A DNA stretch of 63,369 nt, the filler included, from Reticulomyxa filosa (lineage: Eukaryota > Protista > Foraminifera): NCBI GenBank assembly GCA_000512085.1. It is 18 parts of 18 records of this genome, joined end to end, with 100 filler letters (N's around TTAATTAATTAA, not from the genome) between each part and the next. Parts side by side here need not be neighbours in the genome. Positions count along the whole stretch, not along the records: positions 1 to 6,189 come from ASPP01024155.1; positions 6,290 to 7,952 come from ASPP01019458.1; positions 8,053 to 21,844 come from ASPP01009033.1; 15 more parts are not named here. One strand, given 5' to 3'. The notes beneath the pieces were generated by a model. The model made no database searches. It was given only the letters and a program-made list of their open reading frames with translations, and was not told the origin of the DNA. Positions 1-9,828 of this stretch are shown here, in pieces. The number at the start of each line of letters is the position of its first letter. The first letter of the stretch is position 1. A program made the translations under genes and the position numbers.

Positions 1-764
1 GAGATATGTCGCGAATGTGAAAAAGTTTCGATGACTTCTTGTGAACGCTTGGATGTAAATTTAAGTCAGTCAATGAGTATTGAGTCTGGACATACATGTT
101 TTTTTGATTTTTTGATTTTTTTTTTAAAAAAAAAGAAAAAAGGAAAGGAAAAAAAAAAAAAAGGGGGGGAAAAAAATTCAAAAAAATGTAAAAAATAAAA
201 ATAACAAGTTGTGAAGAGGGCTTGCATTTGGGACACACAAAATCTTGCTTTTCAGCTTGTTCATTTGACAATCCCATACATTTGACATGATACCAGATAA
301 AACATTTCTCACATCTATTTTTCACAAATCGACGCGTTCAGAAAGATCAATCAAAACGTATACGTGCAGTATTGTGTGTATGAGTTTTTTTTGCTGTTTT
401 TTTTTTTTTTTTGAGGTCATTTTTAACTGGACCATCATTCCTATGTGTTGGTCGGGTTGTTTGCATATGCATATTGTCTTTTCTTCCGACTTCATTTTTA
501 TTATTATTATTTTATTTGTTTGCTTTGTAAAGTACGCTATGTCATGTAATTTGCGCAGTAATTGAAGAGAAACAGAGAGGAAAGGGGACCGAGACAGAAA
601 AAAAAAAAGTAGTGCGACTTTTAGAGACTACACAAATCTCACACCAGTTTCTTAGCCTTTCGTTTTTTTCGTGATGACGGTTTTTGATTCTTTTTGGGCT
701 CTAATGTTGTTTTGTTGGTTGTTCGTCGTACGCAAGATATTATTATCAAGCATATCGATGACAT
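1..764 (-). CDS. PHD-finger protein, spliced and 3'-truncated by the window edge; exons approx. 764-645, 489-428, 314-206, 85-1
   Basis: Manual GT-AG splicing gives KKRKAKKL-SEEKTICICKQPDQHIGMMVQCEKCFIWYHVKCMGLSNEQAEKQDFVCPKC, a canonical C4HC3 PHD finger after a basic NLS-like patch. The first exon is less certain. Confidence 0.85.
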
Positions 765-1233
765 TTTTGAGAACAAAGACCTGTAATTTGTCTTGGCATT
801 TATCACCAGCAAATATGTGAACAAGGAAGGAAATTATTATCTTCAAATTACATCCACAATAATTTTTATTTACGGGGGTGTCGCAAAAAAATTTTCTTTT
901 AAAATCATGGTTGCTTAAATTCAAATTTGGATTAAAACAATGTAAGGTGTCTAAGAAATTATAAGTTCGAAAAAATTCAACTTATTGTAATACTCCACAT
1001 AAAGAAATGCTAGCTAATTTTTTTCACACAACAGATGAGTAATTAAATTCCCTTTTAAAATCTAAAAATGTGAAAAAACAAATGCAGATCAAAAGGTAAG
1101 AATAACCAAAGGTATTTTTTCTCCTTCTTCTTTGTTTTGACAAAACAATGAGGAACAAGGCAAAACGAAAACAATGAAACAATAGGAAGAAAAGAAACTC
1201 CAAAATATTTTATTTTCTTTAAAAAAAAAGGAG

Positions 1234-2319
1234 TCACATGATCCTACAAGACACGTCAGCTTTCCGACACGGTGAGAAAACATCCGAAGGAAAGTGAGTT
1301 GCCCCATTATATTCATTATTATATTTATATAAGAGCTCGCCACAAGTGTAACAAAAGTGTGTATTGTAACGATCGAAATAGTTTGCCACAACTGTGGAAG
1401 ATAGCAAACTTTTGCTGCAAGAAACATGTGTGATATGATTACACCCTTCTGTTTTGACGACAAACATTCCACACCCAGGACAAGAGCAAAATCCCTGTTG
1501 TTTCATCTGTTGAATTGTTTCTTGATCCGTCCATCCATTCGACGGAGACGAAGAAGAAGAAGAAGAAGAAGGTGATGATGATGATAAAGAGAGAGATTGA
1601 TGACATGGAGCTCCAGAATGCCAAGATTGACGACAACGTATACAAAAACCAGTGCCACATGTATTGCATACACGACGAAAAAGTTGTATATAACAGTGCT
1701 TGCAAACATAAGTGGGACTGAAATGACTCAACTCCGGAATAGGGACAAAATATTCATGTACGCACGAATAGCAATATTTCTCGCCGCACATGGAACACCA
1801 ATATCTCCATCGAAATATATGTAATTGCATCTTGCAGTCGTGGCAGTTATTGTTTTCCCAATGAGTAGCAGATACGTACATTGTGTAGCCTTTTTTTGGA
1901 GTTGCCAAAGATGGAATGATCTTCAAACGCTGCGTGTCCAAAGACATTACGTTTTTGCATTGATCATCAGGACAGACTACGCGTAAATGCGCCGGGATTT
2001 TGTGCAAGCTTTCAAAGTGCTCTAATGTTTCCATTTCTTCGCTGGTAAGCACTCCAGATTTTTTTTGTCCCCACAGCGACTTTGGTATTAATGTGTCGCA
2101 TTGGTACCCAAAACACTTCAATGGGTACTTGCTCAAGTCTTTGTAAATAGATAGCAAATACTCGCGAAGGCATTCCTCACAGCACTCGTGTCCACACTGT
2201 CCGAGTATTGTCGTCTTTTCAAACTCTCCAAAACATATCCCACATGTTTTTAAACTCGTTTTCGTCTTATCCTTTTGTTTCTTGTGCGAACATATTTGTT
2301 TATTCAAATTTTTTTTCAA
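1234..2319 (-). CDS. RBR (RING1-IBR-RING2) E3 ubiquitin ligase with FYVE-like insertion and C-terminal CaaX; 5' end uncertain (ORF opens at TTG)
   Basis: RING1 CGIC..CGHECCEEC..CFGYQC; IBR CPDDQC...CNTCGTGFCIRCRQSWHSGAPC; RING2 CPGC..KTEGCNHITH..C..FCYTCG including the catalytic GCNH; ends CRIM-stop. Confidence 0.88.
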   Translation of the reverse strand: MKKNLNKQICSHKKQKDKTKTSLKTCGICFGEFEKTTILGQCGHECCEECLREYLLSIYKDLSKYPLKCFGYQCDTLIPKSLWGQKKSGVLTSEEMETLEHFESLHKIPAHLRVVCPDDQCKNVMSLDTQRLKIIPSLATPKKGYTMYVSATHWENNNCHDCKMQLHIFRWRYWCSMCGEKYCYSCVHEYFVPIPELSHFSPTYVCKHCYIQLFRRVCNTCGTGFCIRCRQSWHSGAPCHQSLSLSSSSPSSSSSSSSPSNGWTDQETIQQMKQQGFCSCPGCGMFVVKTEGCNHITHVSCSKSLLSSTVVANYFDRYNTHFCYTCGELLYKYNNEYNGATHFPSDVFSPCRKADVSCRIM

Positions 2320-3013
2320 ATTTTTTTATTTTCATTTTGCAACATGTTTTGCTTTTTTTTTTTTTTCCTTTCCCCCCCTTTTTGGTGGAAACAACCCAGA
2401 AGCTCTTCAAAAACTTAACACGAGTGTTGTTGCTTACTTTCAAAATAAAAATGGAAGAAATTAGCACAAGGAACACAATTTCAAAAGTTGGCCAAAAAAA
2501 AAAGAAAATTATGACCAGAATAAGGACAACAGAAAACGTCTTCATTGTCTGGTGTTATCTTTTTCCGTTGTTGAGCCCCTTCTCACGTGTTTTAGTTCGG
2601 CTAATCCATGCCTTCAAAAACGAATGTATGCCACTCCGATTCAATTGTCTTGAAATGCTAGTAACCAGTTTATAAATAATTCGGCTTGAAAATCCCAAAT
2701 TGAATTTTTTTTCTTTCAGTTCAATTTTGTTTTAACAGATTTTAAATTTTGAACCAACTAAACAATTTTACTTGATACTGATCGAAATTCGAGCGTTTTT
2801 CATAAAAGCAGATGAACAATGATATCAAATAAACAGCTATCATAATAATAAAGCATAAAAAAAGAGGATTTTAAGTATAAGAATACTATTTTAAGAACGC
2901 TTTGCTTACTGAAATTAAGGTTGTAAACGAAGGATTTTTTTGTTTGTTGATGTTACTGGTTTTTTAATTTTGTTTGATTTAATTGTTAGCAAAACTGTTT
3001 ACCTGCGTCGATC

Positions 3014-4106
3014 ATGGCTCTTCAACATCCAATAAATCACTATTTTCCCCATAATAATAGCGTGTTCGGGCAGTGGATGGAGAAAGAATGGGATTGGCTT
3101 TTCGACACAGAATCATATCCATTTTTACAAGCGAGGTATCCTTTAGGGCTGACGATAATGTATGTGCTCTCTGTGGTGCTTTTCAGCCCAGCAGAAGAGA
3201 AGCAGGAGCCAGTTGAGACCAAGAAAGACAAAAAGAAAGAAGAAACAAAAGGAGAGACGAAAGGATTGGATACATTCACCCGCGTTGTGTTCTTCCATAA
3301 CGTTTTGTTATGCTTATTTAGCTTGTTTTGTTTCATTAACACTTTTCCAGTGGCGTTGGACGTAATGACAAGAAAACCATTGAGCTCTTCCTTCTGCGGC
3401 CATGGTTGGATGCTTGCCTTTGACGGTCCTTTTGGAAAATGGGGATGGTTATTTTATCTGAGCAAGTACTACGAATTTGTTGACACGTGGATCATTATGG
3501 CAAAAGGGCGACGACCAATCTTTTTGCAAGTTCATTTTTTTTTTTTTTTTTTTTTTGAGGAGAGGGAAATTTTTTAAAAAATGTAACAACACTTAACGCA
3601 CTTTTTTTTTTTTTTGTAAAAAATTTTTAAAAACATAAAACCTTTTCAATCGGAGTAGACGTTCCATCATGTCGGTGCCGTGTATAGTTGTTGGGGTGGC
3701 GTGACCGCCCGTTGTAGCGGATACTATCTTTTTGTCGTGTTGAATAGCTTCATTCATACCATAATGTACTGTTATTATGCCTTTTCCACATTGGGCTATC
3801 AATTTAAATACAAGTCTATTATCACGACCATGCAGATGATCCAATTTTGTACAGGTTTTTCTTTTTGAAATCTTTGTTTTTGATCTCTCCCAAAGGAACA
3901 AAAATATTTATAAAAAAATAATAATAATAATAAAAATAGGTAATTCAATATTGACCTGGCAGACAATTGTATTCGGTTATTGCATGCGCTGGCCTGACAT
4001 TATCATTGGGATAGGCACCGTGGTGTATACCTCCTTTTTGCTTGTCATGTTCAGGACCTTTTTCAAGAAAACGTATCACAAAAAAGTCGAAAAGAAAAAT
4101 GCTTGA
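3014..4106 (+). CDS. ELO/GNS1/SUR4 fatty-acid elongase, delta-9-elongase-like; exons 3014-3529, 3659-3854, 3940-4106
   Basis: Motifs FYLSKYYEFVDT, spliced FLQ|TFHH, NSFIHTIMYCYY and TTMQMIQF; C-terminal KKNA ER-retention signal; GT-AG introns keep the frame. Confidence 0.93.
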
Positions 4107-4828
4107 TTTAAAAATTTTAGTGCTGCTTTATTATTATTATTCGTCTTTACATTCCTACCCAATCTCTAAACGTCCCTTTTTTTATGAGTTATCAAAAAAT
4201 CAACATTCGACGCGAAATTTCGTCAGTTCTTGTGAGGGAATTTTTTTTTCTTGTTTACCACTTATTTGACCTTCTAATTTTTTTGTTGTTTTAATGGTTG
4301 TGTAAAAATTTCTTAAAAAGCCATGAGAAAATCTCTTTTTCATTTTCATCAATATTTTTTCCTCAATTCCAATCTTTCTCACGTGAAATTTATCAATTCT
4401 GAAACATTCGCCAGTAATATTCTAAAATATTTCATTGCATTTTTAATAAATGGAAAAAAAGGCAAATTACTTGGAAAAAACAAAGAATTTTCTTTGGAAC
4501 AAAAAAATTGTAATAAACTTTTTTTCCTCTTTCAAAAATTAGATTTGTTTCTTGAAGTTATTGTTTGCAAGTCAAGTAATGAAGATTATATCTGTGATTA
4601 CACAAAAACTTTTTTGTTTTAAAATTTAAATAATTTTTATCATATCTTTAAAAAACTTGAGCGACTAAGGCCACATGAAGAAAACGTCTAGCATAGTCTT
4701 TTTTTTTTCTTTCCCTTTTTCGGTTAGCCTTCAAATTTGATAAAAATCTCAATTGTAGATTAAATATTTTTACTTTTTTAATCTCTTGTGTTCGCTAAGC
4801 AGATAAAACTAACATTGAAAAAAGAGAA

Positions 4829-6153
4829 ATGTTTTCAGATGAAAATCGACGTGAATTTCAACGAGGAATTGATCCTCAAGCCGGCAAAATAAAACGTCAG
4901 GAAGACAGACTGAATTTACGCCGACAAATTCGGGAAGGACATTTGAACAAACGTCGCAAGGAATTGACAGAAAAAGGAGAAGCAATAGAAGATAAAAGTG
5001 AGAGATATGGACCAAATTCAGAGGCACATTATTCATCAATACCAAGCATAGTGAATGTGTTCGGCGCGCCAGTTCCGTCATGGGTACGGATTGAAAACTT
5101 GGGAGAATTTGCATCTAAAATATTGTCACAGAATCTCGACAGCATGTTAGAAGGGGTTGAAGCAGTACGCCAATTGTTGAGTATCGAAGAGAAACCTCCA
5201 ATCTTGCAAGTGTTTAAAACAGGAGTTGTCCCATATTTGATCGACATTTTAACCAAAAAAATTGTGTTTAAAGACTCAACAAAAAAAACTCCAGACGAAT
5301 TGAAGAAATGCAAACTGCAATTTGAGGCTTCATGGTAAATTTTTTTTTTTTTCCCCTTGCAAACCGCTTCCCTTTTCCCCCCCCCTTTTTTTTTTTTCTC
5401 CTTCCCTTTTTTTTTTAAAAAAAAAAAGGGGGAGAGAGGAAAAAATTATATGGAAATTTCTGACAGGGCATTGACGAATATTGCCAGTGGCGACCGTGAA
5501 TTCACACAGAAATTGGTTGACTTGCATTGCATGGAGGCCTTTTTTGACTTGTTAAAAAACACCACTGACGAGGAGACAGCAGATCAAGCCATTTGGGGAT
5601 TGGGGAACATTGTTGGAGACTCTCCTACCCTCAGAGACAAAGCACTGGAGGTGTAGCACAATAGTGTCTACTTCTTTTTTCAGATGTCAATATTTCGAAC
5701 ATGCACCCCCCCCCCTCCCCCTCCCAAAGGGGATAAAAAATAAAAAAAAATTAAAAACAAAAAAAACAAAAAAGAACGGAATATTGGAGTACATTATTGA
5801 ACATTTGGATAATTTTCCGAGTTTGGTCAAACGTAATGCAGTGTGGACGTTGAGCAATTTTTGCCGGGGCAAACCATCACCAAACTGGAAGAAAGTATCG
5901 AAAATGCTAAAACCATTGGCGAATTTGATCGAAAGGATGGAAGACTATGATGCCATGGCCGACGTGTTGTGGTCGTTTTCTTTTCTCAGCGAAGACAGAG
6001 AAGAAGGAGACACACCGAAAGCGATAGATAATGATTTCCCATCGGGCTTTAACATTGATGGCGTTATTCAAACCGGAATTGTCAAACATGTTATCAACGT
6101 CATCAAATTTGCCTCAAAGATGGGAGAGGATGCATGGAACACTATTTCTCAAG
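4829..6153 (+). CDS. Importin-alpha (IBB + ARM repeats), 3'-truncated at contig end; exons approx. 4829-5334, 5468-5651, 5775-6153
   Basis: IBB-like RREFQRGID..LRRQIREGHLNKRR; ARM motifs QFEASW|ALTNIASG, DQAIWGLGNIVGDSPTLRD, RNAVWTLSNFCRGKPSP. Confidence 0.93.
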
Positions 6154-6156
6154 TAC

Positions 6157-6189
<33 letters not shown>

Positions 6190-6289
6190 NNNNNNNNNNN
6201 NNNNNNNNNNNNNNNNNNNNNNNNNNNNNNNNNTTAATTAATTAANNNNNNNNNNNNNNNNNNNNNNNNNNNNNNNNNNNNNNNNNNNN
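6190..6289. other. Artificial contig linker N44-TTAATTAATTAA-N44; other copies start at 7953, 21845, 23137, 28958, 30092, 31568, 34807, 40622, 41788, 43429, 45732, 52985, 54186, 58412, 60477, 61667
   Basis: Identical 100-nt spacer seen 17 times; the core carries stop codons in all six frames. Confidence 0.99.
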
Positions 6290-8054
6290 ACCATTTTTTG
6301 GTATGTAGGCAAATAACACTACTCAAAAGACAACGAGAAAAAGCAAGAACAACACCAACAAACAGCACAAGTTTTTTGTTTTTGTGCACGCCCTGGTTTT
6401 TTTTGTTTAACTAACAAAACTACGATTTGTCATCTTGTTTGTTCGGTCGTATTCACTAAAATGTATAATATAAGAAATTTGTGTTTGTGGAAATATTTTT
6501 TGTTTCATTACTGTTGTTAAACACACATATTCAAACTTGTGAACACGATTATGCATTTTTAAGTTTATTTTTGAAAGGAATTGATTTTTAGTCCAAGTGT
6601 TCTTTCTGCTTTCACTAATGAACTTTTGCCTTCAGGAGGAACATTTAGTCCAATTATACAGTAAAATAATTTGACAAGCCATTAAGTGATAAAGCGGTCA
6701 TAACTTGATAGATTAAGAAAATTGCATAATACTCTCTATCTATTTATCGTAGGGATGATCTAATTGCAAATCCAGAGTTTAAAGTATTGCGAAATGAACA
6801 CAGTCGTTTTAAAGTAGATTTATAGCGAGCATTGAAAAAACGATGAAAATAATGAAACTCTTTTGTCGTTCCATTGTGTTATGATCAATATTATTTGTTT
6901 TAAAATTTGACAGTTTTGTTTGCAATATTTACACAGATGAAATTCTTCAATAACATCAATATCTGTGACTATCAGTTTTAGCATATGAGCGTTTTCAAAA
7001 TAGACAACAGTAACACATTAAAGTAGAGAACAGTATAACTTTACTAAACAAAAAAGAATCGCATTGATAAACAGAACAAAGGTTTTATCATGAACAGCGC
7101 TCAAAAAAATTTGCTAAAAGATAATGTGTCTTGACAAGACGTTAAGTGCTTGAAAGAAATTGAGAGAAGATGCACATAAAGTTAAAAATAATTGCAGGAC
7201 TTTGTAATGTATGTTTCTTTTTTTGGGAATAGGACGCATAACCAACGGAATATCCACTTTCACAATTTATGAAGAACAAATGCAATTGACTATTGAAACG
7301 CTCGTAAATATCACTTATTAGTATGCTATTCGTACTTATGCATTGACAGTCAATACTTATCAAATTTGTATTAAACTTACCTTTTCTAAGCGAATATTAC
7401 CTCTTTTGAAACTTTTTCGCATCTCTTTTCTCCCTGCCGTGAACATGGTTATTTTTCCAAGGAGTTTCTTCCTTTGGGTTTGGCTTGAAGGAAAATAATA
7501 ACATGCAGAAGCTTATATTTTATATATTGTACGTTTCAAAAAAACATTGTCATAAATTCCTATTTCGAACCCTTTTTGTACGGAAACGAAAATCGAGCGA
7601 TCTTTTTTTTTCTCTTCCCCCAAAACGAGAAAGAAACTGGTGTCCATAACCAGAGACAAGTCAACTTTATTTTCAAAAACATTCCAACAATTTTGTTCCC
7701 TTAGGAACACAAAAAAGTTTCCACAACCAATCCGACCACCAAAAAAAAAAGGTCTGTCCAAAAAAAATTGGTTAACACAACAAAAAAACAAAAATTTTTC
7801 GTTTACTTTCTCTTGTCGCACATACACTCACTTTTATTCATTATCATCCTCTTGCTTCGTGCATCTTGTACTGGTGTTTTTTGCCTTTAAATTAAAGTTT
7901 AACTTGAAATCGAAATTTTTTGAAACTTGATCATAAGCTTGCTTCCCAACAANNNNNNNNNNNNNNNNNNNNNNNNNNNNNNNNNNNNNNNNNNNNTTAA
8001 TTAATTAANNNNNNNNNNNNNNNNNNNNNNNNNNNNNNNNNNNNNNNNNNNNTT

Positions 8055-8091
<37 letters not shown>

Positions 8092-8092
8092 G

Positions 8093-9001
8093 GTGGCAAA
8101 AAATTTATCCGATCCCTCAGACTTACACAACTATCGACATAACTACTCAATGTTCTATGGGATGTACAAATTGGCACTTTGCGCGATAGCGAGCCTGTGT
8201 GGTACGGCGCTTATGTATACGTTGTCGACGGTGCTGAACACGACGACCATGTTTGCCTGCATCGACTTGTGTGTATCTAGCTCATGCATTCTGCTGTCCT
8301 TCAAATTCTATGATCGGTGGTATCGCATCATCTGCTCGCTTTGCCTTGTGCTGCAGCTCATTTACATGGGAAAAGATTTTCGACAACAAATGGGATTTGA
8401 ACATCCTTCTCCTCCTCCTCCTCCTCCTTCATCCTCCACGTCATTTCGTAATACACAACTCTCACGCGTACCGCCTCTATCTCTTCCTCCTCCTCCTCCT
8501 CCTCCTTCTCCTCCTCCTTCTTCTGCTTCACAGTCTTCTCCTCTCCCTCCATCTTTACTTCCTCTCCCTCCATCTTCAATTCCACTGGCTCCACTTCTTC
8601 CTCCACCTCCTCCGCCTCCACCTCCTTTTTCCTCTTCCTCTTCTTCTGCTACTTCACAACCTTTGTCATTAGTCGAGTCGTCTGCCCCTTTGGACACTCT
8701 TCCTCGCAATAACAGCTGCGATAGTGGCAGCGCTGCCTCCAAACTCCCTCTCAATGTCGACGCTGTTGAAAAGGAAGAGCTGTCGTTGACCCGCGCCGAA
8801 ACAGAGCCATTTGTGTCCTCTACTGCTTCACACGAGCATGCTGTTGTCGCTATCGCCAACGATGATACCACTGACTCCAAACTTCACAAGGGCAGCTCCA
8901 CCGACATTATCTATCGACCGTCTCAAAGTTTTGGAGTTGCACTCACAACCGTTTCTGAACAAGACGAAGATTTTCAAAAATCAAGTATCGTTCACACATA
9001 A
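8093..9001 (+). CDS. Terminal exon of a multipass membrane protein (possibly 7TM/GPCR-like) with Pro/Ser-rich cytoplasmic tail
   Basis: AG acceptor at 8091-8092; hydrophobic helices followed by FKFYDRWYRIIC and poly-Pro tracts encoded by (CCT)n. Confidence 0.55.
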   Translation: MAKNLSDPSDLHNYRHNYSMFYGMYKLALCAIASLCGTALMYTLSTVLNTTTMFACIDLCVSSSCILLSFKFYDRWYRIICSLCLVLQLIYMGKDFRQQMGFEHPSPPPPPPSSSTSFRNTQLSRVPPLSLPPPPPPPSPPPSSASQSSPLPPSLLPLPPSSIPLAPLLPPPPPPPPPFSSSSSSATSQPLSLVESSAPLDTLPRNNSCDSGSAASKLPLNVDAVEKEELSLTRAETEPFVSSTASHEHAVVAIANDDTTDSKLHKGSSTDIIYRPSQSFGVALTTVSEQDEDFQKSSIVHT

Positions 9002-9828
9002 CTTGCTTATTTTTTTCCAAATACTTTTTCATTCTGGGCAAATTTCAATAATTGTACAATCTTTTTTTAAAAAAAAAAAAATCTTCTTCTATCTTCAAAC
9101 AGAAATGAGGAAAAGGAAACATTTTTATTTTAATTATTGAATAGAATCTTTTATATTTTAGCTAAGAAACAAATTGAATTAGGATATAATGTCACAACAA
9201 CATATTTTCACGCAAATAAATATATTTTTAATTACACACTCGCTAGATGTCCGAATTTATTTATACGATAAAAAAAAAATTAAAATGAGTATATAGTGCT
9301 CATGCGTTTACGATGTGAGAAGATAAAAATTTAATTTTATATTTTCTTTTTTGTTTTGAAATTAGAAGGTGCCAGCACTTGAAAAGTTTCGATTTTTGAA
9401 AATAAATCTATTTGGACTTATGTCTGAATCTAAAACAAATTCGAAAAACTTGCACTTGACAAAAAAAGTTCGCTAATCTTTCACTTTATCTAGAAACAAA
9501 GATCTGCCTGCCTTCACAAAAAAAAACCAAGAAAGAAATTGATCCATCATGCTCAATAAGATTTGTCTTTTTTGATCCGCTTTCATTACTGGCAAACACC
9601 CTCACTAAAACGCTACAAACAAGCTTCAAAAAAAAGTATTTAAACTTTTTTCTATCATTTAGTCAAGACAAATAAAGATTGTTATAAAAAAATTGTAAAA
9701 AAGAATAATTACAACATATGTATCAATAAACGTGATTATCTTTAATTTTTTTTTAACTCTAAAAAAAACCACTCCAAAAAAAACGCTCCAAAAAAACTCC
9801 AAAACTCTGAAAAAAAAAAGAAGAAAAG

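Noticed and set aside
6234-6245. Recurrent TTAATTAATTAA motif and ORFs ending in X...LIN
   Set aside because: Artificial six-frame-stop linker between contigs, not biological.
8253-8880. Overlapping poly-Leu, poly-Glu and poly-Gly ORFs
   Set aside because: Alternate-frame shadows of the (CCT/TCT)n-rich real exon; the same applies at 46746-47857 and 60883-61386.
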